A DNA stretch of 64,000 nt from positions 176,576,001 to 176,640,000 of the forward strand of contig OZ024743.1 of NCBI GenBank assembly GCA_964016885.1, in the 5' to 3' direction. Positions 1-14,756 of this stretch are shown here, piece after piece (within the stretch, counting starts at the first letter, position 1; each line of letters opens with the position of its first letter). The stretch comes from Eledone cirrhosa (Eukaryota). The translations under genes and the position numbers were made by a program. The notes under the pieces are model-generated. The model was given only the letters and a program-made list of their open reading frames with translations, did not search any database and was not told the DNA's origin.

Positions 1-651
1 TAGTCAAAATTCGGCGATAGCTTACATTTCTAATAATTTCAAACCCACTCGCTCTTTCCAAAATATTCTTACTTGATATATATATATATATATATATAAT
101 ATGTATATATGTATGTAACTCTGAAGAAGTCATGATTGTAGTGCTGGTGGCGGCGGCGGTGACGCCGTTGACATCTCACCGCTACCATGATTAATAATGA
201 TATTTTTCCAAATTCAAGAAAGCGTTTAAATATAATTTTGAAAGAAGAGACAATGGAGAAATCTCCATATGGTTTAAATACACAACATGTCTCCAATATC
301 TAAATGGCTAAATGTCAGCAGAAGGGCACCCAGGTGTCATGATCTGCATGCGGCCTGGACGCCTTAGAGTCTATAACGTTAAAGGCCGTATGCATGCATG
401 CGATGGACCTCCGTCGGTTTCGACGACGAGTGTTCCAGATGTTCGAACAACGTGTAATCTTAATATAAATTTAAACGTGTTTTAGCGTGACGCATGTATG
501 ACAAAGCAGGTACAATTATTTCGATGGGCTTCCAAATAGTTTCAGTCTGCCCAATTTCACTTAAAATGTCTGGTCTATCTAAGGCATGAAATTTACCCAA
601 GATGACACGCAGTGGAATAGAAATTGCGAAGTCAATTCCTTAACTATTCGG

Positions 652-986
652 CACATGCATGCATACATACATACATGCATGCATGCATACATACATGCAT
701 GCACGCATGCATACATACATACATACATACATACATACATACATACATACATACATACATACATACATACATACATACGTACGTACGTACATACACGCAT
801 ACACATATACACACATACATACGTACATACATACACACACATACGTGCGTACATACATCCACAAAGATATATACATATATATATATATATATATACATAC
901 ACATATATACTTACATACTTATGTACTTACACACACATACATGCATACAGACATACACACACATACGTGCTTACATACATGCACAA

Positions 987-1061
<75 letters not shown>

Positions 1062-2585
1062 TATATTCTTACATACTTATATGCATACACATGATGGCTG
1101 CAATCTCGTGTTCGAGCATTGCCATCGCCTGATAAAATGCTAAAAAAATGTGAGGCATGAATGTGGCTCATTAAACAGGCCAAAGACTTGCACCCTCTGG
1201 CAATTATATGACAGCTGTAGGCTCCTCCTGAACTTTCCATTGCTTTGTCTGGCTCTGCGTTCTCATGTGTCTTTTGAGACCTCCATGCTAGCACATTCCT
1301 TTGTCACATTCCTTACACCGTTTCAGATCATAATCTACATGAGGTCTACTGATAAGACTTTGTTCGCGTCTTGTCAAACCAGCTTTATTCAGGCAGATTC
1401 GACCACACTGCTGGCAAACCAGATGATGTTCAACAGTAGGCAGTTCAGAACAGTCTCCTATACATATACATACATACATACATACATACAGACATACAAA
1501 CATACAGACATACACACATACACACATATATACATACACATACATACAAACATACATACATACAGACATACCAACATACAGATATACACACATACACACA
1601 TATATACATATACATACATACATACATACAAACATACATACAGACATACAGACATACAAACATACAGACATATACACATACACACATATATACATATACA
1701 TACATACAAACATAAATACATACAAACATAGACATACACACATACACGCATATATACATATACATACATGATGAGAGAGCAGACAGAAGTCAGTAAACCC
1801 AGAAGCCATTTTAACTATGGCCACCATTTTTCTTCCAATAACTTTCCTTTAGTTATTTCCGGTCTTCTTTCATATTCATTTTTTTATTTCTGTTTAATTC
1901 ACTTATATTTTATTGCAGCGATTGCTTATATATCCTTTGATTTACGGTGGCTTTTTTATGGATTTTGATGTGCTAAATATATATCGCTTGTGTATGAATG
2001 TGAGTACGTTTGTGTCTGTGTGTATGTGACTGTATGTATATGTCTATTTATGTGTGTGTATGTGTGTTGGGGTGTCTGTATCTGCGTATTTGTCTCTGCG
2101 TGTGTATGACTGTGTATGTGTGTCTGTGTGTTTCTGTGGGTATGTGACTGTGGGTATGTATGTGTATGTGTGTCTGTGTGATTTTGTGTGTGTGTGTGTG
2201 CGTGTGTGTGTGCGTCTGTGTATGTTGGGGTGTCTGTGTGTGTTTGTGTCTGTGTCTGTGTTTGTGTATGTGTGTCTCTGTGTGTATGTCTGTGTATGTG
2301 TGTCTGTGTGTGTGTGTATGTGTATGTGTGTCTCTGTGTCTCTGTGTGTATGGGTGTGTGTGTGTGTGTCTGTGTGTGTGTATATGTCTGCGTGTATGTC
2401 TGTGTGTGTGTATATGTCTGCGTGTATGTCTGTGTGTATGTAGGCATGTGAGAGTGCGAGTTGTGCTGGAGTGTTTGTCTTTCTCCCTCTGTCCTAAGTT
2501 CACTTCAAGTGATAATCTGTCTGTTATGCTCTCTGGTCTCACTCCTCCCTCACCCCTCTCTCTTCGCCTCCTTCTCTGTATATAA

Positions 2586-2629
<44 letters not shown>

Positions 2630-2636
2630 ACACACA

Positions 2637-2716
<80 letters not shown>

Positions 2717-2830
2717 CATATATATATATATATATATGTGTATATATATATATATGTGTGTGTGTCTGTGTGTGTTTGTGCCTTTGTGTCCGTGTTTATG
2801 CATGTGTGTGTGAGTGTATGTGTATGTTTC
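652..2830. repeat. Compound (CATA)n/(TA)n/(CA)n/(TG)n microsatellites
   Basis: Direct inspection; similar tracts at 4441-4600, 10668-11370, 30805-31298, 32110-32478, 40020-40490 and 43128-43292. Confidence 0.97.
1092..1455 (-). mobile_element. RTE-clade LINE 3' end fragment (C2H2 fingers plus 3' UTR)
   Basis: Minus frames LVCQQCGRICLNKAGL, CKECDKG, SCHIIARGCKSLACLMSH; paralogous to 22910-23280. Confidence 0.75.
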
Positions 2831-2920
2831 TATAAGATCTGTTTGGCAGTAAAGTGCTATGAAGAAACAATGGCTGATGAATATATTTCTAGAAAAATCG
2901 ATTCTCCCTCCCCATTCTTA

Positions 2921-4230
2921 GTTGCTATAGCTAACTGTAGAAGTCATAGTGACCGGGTGGATAGCATCCTGGTGTCTCAGTTGTTATAGCAAACTAAACT
3001 GTAGAAGTCATAGTGACCGGGTGGATAGCATCCTGGTGTCTCAGTTGTTATAGCAAACTAAACTGTAGAAGTCATAGTGACCGGGTGGATAACATGCTGG
3101 TGTCTCAGTTGTTATAGCAAACTAAACTGTAGAAGTCATAGTAACCGGGTGGATAGCATCCTGGTGTCTCAGTTGTTATAGCAAACTAAACTGTAGAAGT
3201 CATAGTGACCGGGTGGATAGCATCCTGGTGTCTCAGTTGTTATAGCAAACTAAACTGTAGAAGTCATAGTGACCGGGTGGATAACATGCTGGTGTCTCAG
3301 TTGTTATAGCAAACTAAACTGTAGAAGTCATAGTAACCGGGTGGATAGCATCCTGGTGTCTCAGTTGTTATAGCAAACTAAACTGATGAGATCATAGTGA
3401 CCGGGTGGATAACATCTTGGTGTCTCAGTTGTTATAGCAAACTAAACTGTAGAAATCATAGTGACCGGGTCGATAACATCCTGGTGTCTCAGTTGTTATA
3501 GAAAACTAAACTGTACAAATCATAGTGACCGGGTGGATAACATCCTGGTGTCTCAGTTGTTATAGCAAACTAAACCGTAGAAGTCATAGTGACCGGGTGG
3601 ATAACATCCTGGTGTCTCAGTTGTTATAGCAAACTAAACTGCACAAATCATAGTGACCGGGTGGATAGCATCCTGGTGTCTCAGTTGTTATAGCAAACTA
3701 AACTGTACAAATCATAGTGACCGGGTGGACAACATCCTGGTGTCTCAGTTGTTATAGCAAACTAAACTGTACAAATCATAGTGACCGGGTGGATAACATC
3801 CTGGTGTCTCAGTTGTTATAGCAAACTAAACTGTACAAATCATAGTGACCGGGTGGATAGCATCCTGGTGTCTCAGTTGTTATAGCAAACTAAACTGTAG
3901 AAGTCATAGTGACCGGGTGGATAACATGCTGGTGTCTCAGTTGTTGTAGCAAACTAAACTGTAGAAGTCATAGTGACCGGGTGGATAACATCCTGGTGTC
4001 TCAGTTGTTATAGCAAACTAAACTGTAGAAGTCATAGTGACCGGGTGGATAACATCCTGGTGTCTCAGTTGTTATAGCAAACTAAACTGTAGAAATCATA
4101 GTGACCGGGTGGATAACATGCTGGTGTCTCAGTTGTTATAGCAAACTAAACTGTAGAAATCATAGTGACCGGGTGGATAACATGCTGGTGTCTCAGTTGT
4201 TATAGCAAACTAAACTGTAGAAATCATAGT
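2921..4230. repeat. 64-bp minisatellite, ~20 copies
   Basis: Unit aactgtagaagtcatagtgaccgggtggatagcatcctggtgtctcagttgttatagcaaacta at 2933, 2997, 3061 and onward. Confidence 0.97.
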
Positions 4231-4450
4231 AAACATTGGTCAACTCGAGTTTACATCGAAAGCTAATTGCACAAGTTGCCATACAGTGGGACTCAACCCA
4301 TAAACATCTTGTTGCGAAACAAACTCCTTAACCACACAGCCATGCTAGTCCTTATGCATATTTAATATTGCATATTCAATACCAATACCTACGGATGGTA
4401 AATACAGAGTTGGGATTGAAAGTGAAATTTTAGCTGTGAATTTCTCTCTC

Positions 4451-4505
<55 letters not shown>

Positions 4506-4526
4506 CTCTCTCTCTCTCTCTATCTA

Positions 4527-4605
<79 letters not shown>

Positions 4606-5815
4606 CTCTCTTTCTGTCTCACACACACTCACAACACAGACACAAGTGTGTGTGTGTGTCCAAGCAAAACGTGAATACAATTTAATCATTTGACTACATT
4701 ACTAACGCTTTCTTAGTTTCCTGATAAACAAACGATAGATCACTTAATATCTTCATGAGCTATTTTTTACTGCGACATTCCAGTTGTTTTTCGGTTTTTT
4801 TTTTCATCGACATTCAACCAACCAATCTTGGAAGCCCGGCATTTAGGCAACGCTTTCTGCCATTCTCTTTCTGAATAAGCTTAAAAAGGAATCACTGAAG
4901 TGTACAATGTTCGGGTAAAGAAACAAAACATAAGTGTCAGAAATCTGAACACACAGATGTAAATATTCCTCATCACACAATAAAGAAATATTCAGCAATT
5001 GATTCCACGATCCTTGATCGACGAATTAACCATATCAGAGATGTATTCAATATTTACTCATCTGCAATAACAATAAATAGGAAAACATTTTGAGATTAGA
5101 TTTATTCAGGAAAACGTTCACAGACTTTTTACTATAAAAGCATAATTTCTTGCAACCAGACTCTTGTTCGTAATTTGTTCTCTGCCATTAACTTAGCAGA
5201 ACTGATCCTCTTTTCACCGTAAAATGTTAACGCGGTGATTCATATAAAACAATACATTGTAATGCATTTAGGCGATCGCTCTCCTATTTCTGCGTCGCCA
5301 AAAGTTGTTAATACTTAATAATGGCTTAGAAATGACTTGACACAAAAGACGTATATTACATCCTTCGTGAAACTTATCACGCACTACATGTATCAATCAT
5401 CGGGTGGATATTGTACTCAGCTACGAAGAACGCCATGTTAAATTTTTCATAGTAACTTCAACGGACGTTACTATTGTTCGTATTGAAATTGAAGGATCTG
5501 GTTATTGGATTATCAGATGTGTTCGATAATTTCACTACTGATTAAATATCTTCGTCTCGAATGGACTTAAACAAACTAATCGCTGAGCACAAGAAAATAA
5601 TTAAAGAACGTGTGTGGTTTTAACGACATATAGGATTTGGTTGAAATTGAAAAGATTTCAGAATTAGTTAGGAATCTATTCTATGTTTTCCTTTCCTAAG
5701 AAAAAAAATCGATCAAGATTATTTCTACGTGCAACGTTCAATCATGTTAAATATTGATTTCTGATATTATTACAAGGTCGTAGGTGTTTTTATTGAAGGT
5801 CAACAACAGACACAT

Positions 5816-5889
<74 letters not shown>

Positions 5890-6174
5890 TATATATATAT
5901 ATCATATATATATATATCATATATATATATATATCTGTATGTATGTATATATATATATACATACATGAGCGATTAAATTGTTGAAAATGTTCTTCCTCTT
6001 TTTTTAGGATGCTAGTGTTTTTTTATGGAGATTTAGATACTATTTCTTGTAGATTGATTGATCACATAGAAGCTCATTTGTTAGTTGAAACGCTAGGAGA
6101 GACATTAGTTTTACCTTAGGAATAGATGTGTTTACACAGCAGCGGTGATTTAATATCACTACTGAGAGTTGACG

Positions 6175-7911
6175 GCGCCGAATTAGCAAAGTCCTTAGAA
6201 CGGCGGATAACGTTTCGTAGTATTCACTTTGTCTCTCTACATCCTGCGTTCAAATTCCGCCAAGTCAACTTTGCCTTTCATTTTACCAAGGTGGTTGAAT
6301 AAAAGTTCCAGTCCAGTATCATATCTATTTCCCACTTCTTTTTTCTAGCTCTCATGCTCTCTTTCTCATGAAGAAAGCGACTTTGTTCAGACTTGAAGAG
6401 GGATGGGCTCCATCAGATTTAAATGTTCGCGACACACCTGCCGTATATCACTACGGCGCCCCTACGATGCAACCAAAGAGCTAAGGTCTTCGAACGTGGC
6501 ATGACCGAGAGACAGATAGTACTTGCAATCAATAAGGAGTTAATAGCGGAGAGTATGAGATTACTAGATCTGCTAAACGTAACGTCTTAAAATATATATA
6601 TATATATGACATGACTTTTTGATCAGGACTAACCCTGAGCTGAACAACAAATACTCGGCTACGGCTATTTCATCCAGTACGAGAGTAACAGCAGCATCAG
6701 AACCATGGATTGCACAGTCGATTGATAGCATGATATTCCCCCTGAATAGATAACAGTTCAACAGCTCTTTGGTTGAATTGTATCCAAACATAACTTGTTT
6801 TTAAAACATTTCCCAATCTTAGTTTGACTTTCAGTATCTTAATACTATACATTTTGTTCCTGGAATATGTAGTCGATTAAAATCAACTTCAGTATATACC
6901 TACTTCTTATTCCATTCTGAAATGTAAATATATAAAATTAAATCCTGTAAAGTATTTAATCTGACATATCCCAATAGCACTCTGGTGGAGTCGCAGGGGC
7001 GCCGTAGTGACATACGGCGTGTCTTTGGCATTTTAAACTTAACAGAGTCCACCCCGTCTCTAGGTCTGAATACAACCTATTTCTTGGAGAGAGAGAGAGA
7101 GAGATCAAGTGAAAAAGAGATACAGAGGAAGAATCGATCCCAGTACTAGTAACTTTAATCGAACTCGAAAGCATGAAAGGCAGATCTGACCTCTGCGGGT
7201 TTTGAATACAGAACACAATGTACCGGAACGTATAGTGCAAAGCTGTGCTATCCGACGTACTAACAACTCTACCACATTGCCTCTCATTCATATACTATTT
7301 CTATCACTTTAAATACAGATTTCTCACATAGGTACAAATCCACAAGTATAGCTACTCAATACTTAATTACTAGATTTCTGAGTCGACACTGTAAAAATAA
7401 GAACCGAAGTTGATCCAGATGAGATTTAAACTCAGAACGTAGAGAACTAAAACTAAACACTTCTATACATTTAGTCAGATGCTATTGTTATTCTAAACAG
7501 TCTAAATATTGATTCCACCTGACTAATTTCAATGTCCCATATTTTTACCGAAGAAGAACAGAATCGCTTGCAGACAGGATTAACGATTTATTTGATGTAA
7601 AATACATTGTGAATTGAAAGTAGGTCAGTATTTGAGTTCAGGCGAAGCACATTACTTCCATTACGGTGGTCAACAACCTATATTCATATTCATGTTTTCT
7701 TTTAATGTAGTGAGGCGGCATAAACGGTAAATTATCTTATTATGTATCATATCTAATGCATTACTGCATATAGTCCAATATCTTTAGGTTTTTTTAGTTA
7801 AAGATCGAAATAGAACGATTTTGATGAGGGTTGCTTCTGATAAAACCCCCTGGAAGGCGTGTCTCATGACTCTACATCCGTGACCCTCCCGTGAATAAAT
7901 GGTAGAAGAAG

Positions 7912-7986
<75 letters not shown>

Positions 7987-9130
7987 AAGGAGAAGAAGAG
8001 CCTTTCTTTGGTCGATAAAGTAAATCCCAATCATATGGTAATATAAATTCAATCGCCGTAATCGTTATGCAAACGTAATAAATCAATAACTACCCTTCAA
8101 ATAGCGGCCCCTCCCAAAATTAGAAGGAAAGGATGTTTGCATCGTCAAAAGAGTTTACAATAATGTGTGACTCCTTAAACTCTATTGATTTGGCCATGTG
8201 TCAGTTCAGCAATCCTATTTACTGGTTAATTTGTTTCACTTTGATATCCTACATCAATAAAGGATAAATATCTAGTGAGGAAACAATGCATCGTTTCACT
8301 GATCCATATGTCAATATCATGTTGACTTTTGCTGTTGACTTTTGTCGTGACATTAGCTACTACAGTATTCTAATATTACTTTGACACCGAAAGGCGGTGG
8401 ATTGGCAGTATCGGTGGAGCGACGGAAAATATGCTTTATGACATAGATTTACAGCCCTTTATATTCTGAGTTCAAATCCTGCCGAGGTTAGCTTTGCCTT
8501 TCATCCTTATGGTGTAGATAAGATAAAGTACCAGTAATGCACTGGGGTCTATTTAATCGACTTCCCCCTCTCCAAAATTGTTGGAGAAACCATTGTGTCA
8601 AAGTAATAATTGTTGGAGAAACCATTATTACTTTGACACAGAGAAACAGCTGTGCAGCTATAACGCTTTATCCGTTCGACTTCAGCCGATAGCCAGTGGT
8701 TAAATACATCGATATTAGTATATGCATGATTTAATCTCGTGATAAGACGAGATTATGAAGTGATTTCAATTTTAAAACTGATCCTTATCCATGAATCCTT
8801 AATTCTTGATGGAGTCGTATCTAAACATCACGGAACCCATCATTCTCCAGGTATGAATGCAGCCAATTTCTTCCAAAAAAGAGGTAAAGATAAAGAGATA
8901 GAGAGAGATAGAGAAAAAAAAAGAAATAGAGAGTGAGAGCGTGATAGATTAAGAAACAATTATACAAGAAGATTTACCTCAGTATTAGGGGCAGGAGTAA
9001 TTTATTTATCGATCCCGAAAACATGAAGGACAAAGTTGATCTCAGCGGAATTTGAACTCAGAACGAAGAGAGCCAGAATTAATATTACAAAACATTCTTT
9101 CTGAGGTTATAACAATTCTTTTAATTCCCA
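6175..9130. mobile_element. Dispersed tRNA-derived SINEs with Meta/MESC-like core (~6175-6320 +, 7130-7280 -, 7330-7520 -, 8392-8595 +, 8980-9130 -)
   Basis: Box B gagttcaaatcc followed by gccgaggttaactttgcctttcatcc..ggggtcgataaaataaagtaccag. Confidence 0.75.
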
Positions 9131-9520
9131 AGCTTTCAAGACGAAACTATTTGCACTTCATTTCCACAACTACTGTTGTTGCTGTTGTCTTTTAGCAGTT
9201 TATTATACTTTTAATTCAAACCGAAAATATCTAAGATGTTATTATCCAATGTGCACTTAGAACAGTAGAATGGTTTTGTCTAGTTGCTATTTTTAAAATA
9301 TCAAACGACCCGTAGAAACTTCCTCGCTAATATAATTTGCATAAATTTGTTAGTCACACGTTAAGATTTTTCTCCCTCTTACAACATAAAGCCGTAGTGT
9401 TTTGTTTGATGAAAATATTTAATCCATAATTTTACTTCGCAAAATTGTAGATCGTCAATCATGTGAGGAGTTGATCCCCACTATTGGGGAATTCTTTTGT
9501 TGTCATTATTATTGAGACAA

Positions 9521-10340
9521 GGGTCGTGGATTGGCAGTTTCGGTAGAGCGTCGGGCAACATGCTTTGCAGCATAGAAGTACGTCTCTTTATGATCTGAGT
9601 TCAAATCCTGCCGAGGTTAACTTTGCCCTTCATCCTTACGGGGTTGATAAAATACAGTACCAGTCCCGCACTGGGGTCGATTTAATCGACTTTCCCCTCC
9701 CCCAAATTGCTGGCCTTGTGCCTACAGTAGAAACCATTATTATCGAGACAAGGATCGTGGATTGGCAGTTTCGGTGGAGTGTCGGACAGCATGCTTTGCG
9801 GAATATAGTTACGGCCCTTTACGTTCTAGCTTCCAATCTCACCGAGGTTAGATCTACTTGTCATCCTTACGGAATCGCTGAAATAGTGCACCAGTAATTC
9901 ACTGAGGTTGATTTAATCGACTTTCCACATAAAAAAAAAAAATAAAATACTGGCCTTGTGTCTAAATCAGAAACCATTATAATCGGATTGGCGGAAACAT
10001 TCGAAATATCAGAAGAGTCGAGAGATTTTAGCAAATAATTGTTTCTACTTTTGGAACACGGCCAGCAATTAGCCCAGTGTATTACTAGTACTTTATTTTA
10101 CCGACCCCGTAAGGATGAAATGCAAAGTTAACCTCGGCGGGATTTGAACTCAGAATGGCAAGGGCCGTAACTCTATGCGTCAAAGCGTTCGACCCTCTAC
10201 CAATACTGCCAATACCAAATAATTGTTTCTACTTTTTGGCACAAGGCCAGCAATTATCCAGTGCATCACTGGTACTTTATTTTATCGACCCCGTAAGGAT
10301 GAAAGGCAAAGTTAACCTCGGCGTTAATTCGAACTCAGAA
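9521..10340. mobile_element. Cluster of four Meta/MESC-like SINEs (++ then --)
   Basis: Copies at ~9521-9742, 9751-9980, 10035-10212 and 10218-10340. Confidence 0.85.
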
Positions 10341-10668
10341 ATGATAGGAAATAATTAATATGCCTACATTTGACTATTCGGTTTAATTATAACGGGAGGA
10401 TCGATCTTAGCTTTTATTTTCCTGAACAATTAAAAAAACATGTACCGAGAACCTTCTGGAATCGAACAAACACGTACAAATGCACACACACACACACACA
10501 TACTCACATTTTAACATTTCGTATTATTGATTCTAAAGTATCATTAATGCTATCTTTATTGGTAGTTAATCACGTTGGTATTGTGCTATTGTTGGTTTTA
10601 ATATATGATTTCGGTGAAACTATGGAGATGAGTAGATGAGGAGATGAGTTCATGCATACACACACGTT

Positions 10669-10713
<45 letters not shown>

Positions 10714-10722
10714 ATATATATT

Positions 10723-10774
<52 letters not shown>

Positions 10775-10833
10775 TATATATATTATATATATATATATAT
10801 ATTATATATATATAATATATATATCTATATATT

Positions 10834-10923
<90 letters not shown>

Positions 10924-11519
10924 TTATATATTATATATATATAATATAAGTGTATATATATATATATATATATATGTATGTTTATATATTATATATATAT
11001 ATATAATATATGTGTGTATATATATATGTATATGTATTTATATATATATAATATATGTGTTTATATGTTTATGCATATATATATGCATACACATATAAAC
11101 ACACACAAATATATACATGTATATATATACATGCATAAATAGATGTAAGATAAAAGTACATATGTGTACATATATACATATTCACACTTTTGCGTGTGTG
11201 TCCATATTATGTTCTGTGTGTGCGTGTGTGTGTGTGTTTGTGTCTTTCATTCTTACACACTTACAGACACATACAGATACGATACACACTTCCAGACACA
11301 TACAGATACGATACACACACACACATGCACACATATACAGTGACACCTAACTACACACATGCACACACTTCCAGCCACAGCTAGCTCCACATACAGCCCC
11401 ATTTCATTGTGGTCTACAATCAAGTCTGCTGAACCTAATGTGTGGTCTGTGAACAACAAAGGCATACAACAAATAAACAAGAATACACACCAAAAAAAAA
11501 ACATCCTAATTGAAAACAA

Positions 11520-11627
11520 TAAACCACAACAAAAACAACAACAACAACAAAAACAATTACAAAAACAATAGCAGCAACAACAATCACTACAACAATATTA
11601 GTAACAACAACAAAATCAAAAACTGCA

Positions 11628-11694
<67 letters not shown>

Positions 11695-12714
11695 TACTAC
11701 TACTACTACTGCTACTGCTACGACTACTACAAGGATAATCATAAAAAGGAGTAATAAGTACCCTCCACTCCACTTAAATCCGACATAATAACGTTCGAAC
11801 GAGGTTTCATCGATTTATTTACTCTTTATTGATTTTTCAAAAACCACCAATACTACTACCACTACCACTACAACCACCACCACCACCACCACCACCACTA
11901 CTAATATCACAAACACCACTACCACCGCTACCACCACTAATATCACAAACACCACTACCACCGCTACCACCACTAATATCACAAACACCACAACCACCAC
12001 CACAACTACCCCCCACCGCTACCATCGCCCCCACCACCACCACTACCCCCCACCGCTACCATCGACCCCACCACTACCACTACCACCACTACTATCACAA
12101 ACACCACAACCACCACCACAACTACCCCCCACCGCTACCATCCCCCCACCACCACTACCATCACTAATATCACAAACACCACTACTACTGTACTTCAGCC
12201 ACGAATCCTTCTCAAACATCACGCCACCGACACCATCACCACCACCATCATCATCTCACCATCATCGGATTGACAGTATCGGTAGAGAGTCGGACGCCAT
12301 GCTTTGCAGCAAAGAGTTACGTCCCTTTATGGTCTGTGTTCAAATCTTGCCGAGGTTAACTTTGCCTTTCATTCTTACGGGGTCGATGAAATAAAGTACC
12401 AGTAATGTACTGGGATAACTCCTGGCCTTGTGCCCAAAGTAGAAACAATTATTCTGAGCACCACGAACGAACCACAACCAAATGGCACCAACAATAACGT
12501 CACATTGCCACCACCACATCATTACCACCACCACAACCAACACCACCACCACCACCACGATCATCATCATCATCATCATCATCATCATTGCCAACCAGAT
12601 TGGCACTATCAAGTTGATACACACAACATTGTGGAAACTTCTTCTACGATATAATGACCTTTGACCATCAACACCAGCACCGCCACCACCACCACCACCA
12701 CCACCACCACCACC

Positions 12715-12746
<32 letters not shown>

Positions 12747-12747
12747 T

Positions 12748-12787
<40 letters not shown>

Positions 12788-12790
12788 ACA
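11520..12790. repeat. Compound trinucleotide repeats (CAA, ACT, ACC, CAT) with a 36-bp unit accaccactaatatcacaaacaccactaccaccgct
   Basis: Direct inspection. Confidence 0.9.
12267..12452 (+). mobile_element. Meta/MESC-like SINE
   Basis: Head, core and tail ggccttgtgcccaaagtagaaacaattatt. Confidence 0.85.
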
Positions 12791-13366
12791 TTTTCACCAT
12801 CATTGCTAACCATCATTCTGATTAACACCAGTGAACCATAACCAACGTGACAACCATCAACAACAATGAAGTCTGTGGACCTCTGCAAGCTATATGTATT
12901 TAATCAACTATAATTCTACTATAATTCTACCTAATCCTTCCTTTACACAGTTAGGATTTGTCTCAAACTGTTGAGCTCTCCATGTTGCCAGAATGTATCT
13001 CATCAAAAATTCACTTAGATATTGACTCCGCTGGTATTTTTTGAAAAATAGACGTGAATGTTCTCAAAGATTTGATCTCAGTCGAAAAAGCTTCTTTATT
13101 TTTAAATCCTATATTTCACTGTTAGCTGTTGTAATATTTTGAGCGGATAGACAATTCTACAATTCAAACTGTAAAGTCAAAATACAAAAGATGCAAAATA
13201 TGAAGAATTTCTTACCTTTCTCTGAAATTACAAACTCAGGGGGAAAATAGTACCTTGCAAAATATAATACCTCGTAGCAAAATAAAATACTAGTAGCAAC
13301 GAATGAATTGAGAAGCTTGGTGACAGTGAGAAAGAAATATCTGTATTCCTTATACACACACACACA

Positions 13367-13408
<42 letters not shown>

Positions 13409-13550
13409 CACACACACACACACATACACACACACAAAATTGTGTGTGTGTGCCTTGGTTTTGGTACAGAAAGAATTTTGTGTCCAGTTTTTATTGCCAG
13501 GTCAAAGGCCACTGCTCTTTTCAACAATGCCAAATAACAATGCCATATAC

Positions 13551-13596
<46 letters not shown>

Positions 13597-13781
13597 GAAG
13601 AGAGAAAGAGGGAGGAACAGATAGAGTAAGAAATGTGTGTGTGTGTGTGTGTGTGTGTTTGGTACACGTCTATCTATCTATCTATCTCCAACAGGGGGCT
13701 CAAACATGCGGCTCGCGAACTACTTATCTGTGGCCCGTGGTAGAACCAATATTTCATATCGCAATATAACTGGTGAAAATA

Positions 13782-13998
13782 AGGCGGCGAGCTGGTGGAA
13801 TCGTTAGCACATCTGGCGAAATGCTTAACAGTACTTCTTCCGTTTTTACGTTCTGAGTTCAAATTCCGCTGATCTCAACATTGCCTTTCATCCTTTTAGG
13901 GTCAATGAATTAAGTACCAGTTATGTACGAGGATCGATGTAATCAACTGAACCCTAAACCATAAATTTCATGCCTTGTTCCTATAGTAGAAATGATTA
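13782..13998 (+). mobile_element. Meta/MESC-like SINE (older subfamily)
   Basis: ggcggcgagctgg...gagttcaaattccg...gcctttcatcc. Confidence 0.8.
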
Positions 13999-14149
13999 TA
14001 ACTGGTGAAAATCTTCACCCACCACCACGTTTGGCCACTGTGCCTCTCCCTTTTATGTCCTTGAGTTTGAGACCCCTCTTCTACACACACACATATATAC
14101 TTTACTTTTTTTCTCTCTCTGGACTACACCCATGTTGGAGCATCACTTT

Positions 14150-14355
14150 GATAAGTTATGGGGACGTCAACAAACCAACAAGCATTGGTGGGAGGGCAAA
14201 CACAAGCACAAAGACACACACAGACATATATACATATATACGTCGAGCTTCTTTTAGTTTCGGTCTATCAAATCCACTCACAGGGCTTTGGTCGGCCCGG
14301 GCAGTGGGACTGAACCCGGAAATATGTGGTCGGGAAGGAAGCTTCTTGTCACACT

Positions 14356-14358
<3 letters not shown>
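14150..14358 (-). mobile_element. Second tRNA-derived SINE family (octopus OR/OK-like), partial
   Basis: aaatccactcacagggctttggtcggccc..gcagtgggactgaacccgg; related heads at ~4280-4345, 41478-41630 and 42865-42990. Confidence 0.65.
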
Positions 14359-14427
<69 letters not shown>

Positions 14428-14440
14428 ATAATATATATAT

Positions 14441-14487
<47 letters not shown>

Positions 14488-14488
<1 letters not shown>

Positions 14489-14683
14489 ACGAAGGAAATG
14501 TGGTAAGGAACCAGGTGGACCATAACGCACCAAAGTACTCAATACTTAGGGTAGTAGAGTGGGTAATAGGAACAAGTAAGACCCCGACGGCTGAGCTCAA
14601 GCCGTTTCGACGGCTAATTCTGTACTCAGTACAGAATTAGCCGTCGAAACGGCTTGAACTCAGCCGTCGGGATCTTACTTGTT

Positions 14684-14687
<4 letters not shown>
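14488..14687. mobile_element. Fold-back family B copy 1: 60-bp-arm palindrome plus 79-bp one-sided tail, in (TA)n
   Basis: 14567-14626 is the reverse complement of 14628-14687 (2 mismatches, 1-nt loop); homologous to 26394, 32479, 34914 and 44074. Confidence 0.85.
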
Positions 14688-14719
<32 letters not shown>

Positions 14720-14756
14720 TATGTATGTAGATTTATATATATATAAATCTACATAC

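Noticed and set aside
2921-4230. CRISPR-like array, or tandem hammerheads (one unit has CTGATGAG at 3383; CTGTAGA-A-GTCAtagTGAC in others)
   Set aside because: No unique spacers and eukaryotic context; no GAAA follows the hairpin, so the HHR core is incomplete
6573-6791. Non-repetitive 72-aa ORF (also the 11359-11571 island) as host exons
   Set aside because: No recognisable motif or convincing splice-site pair
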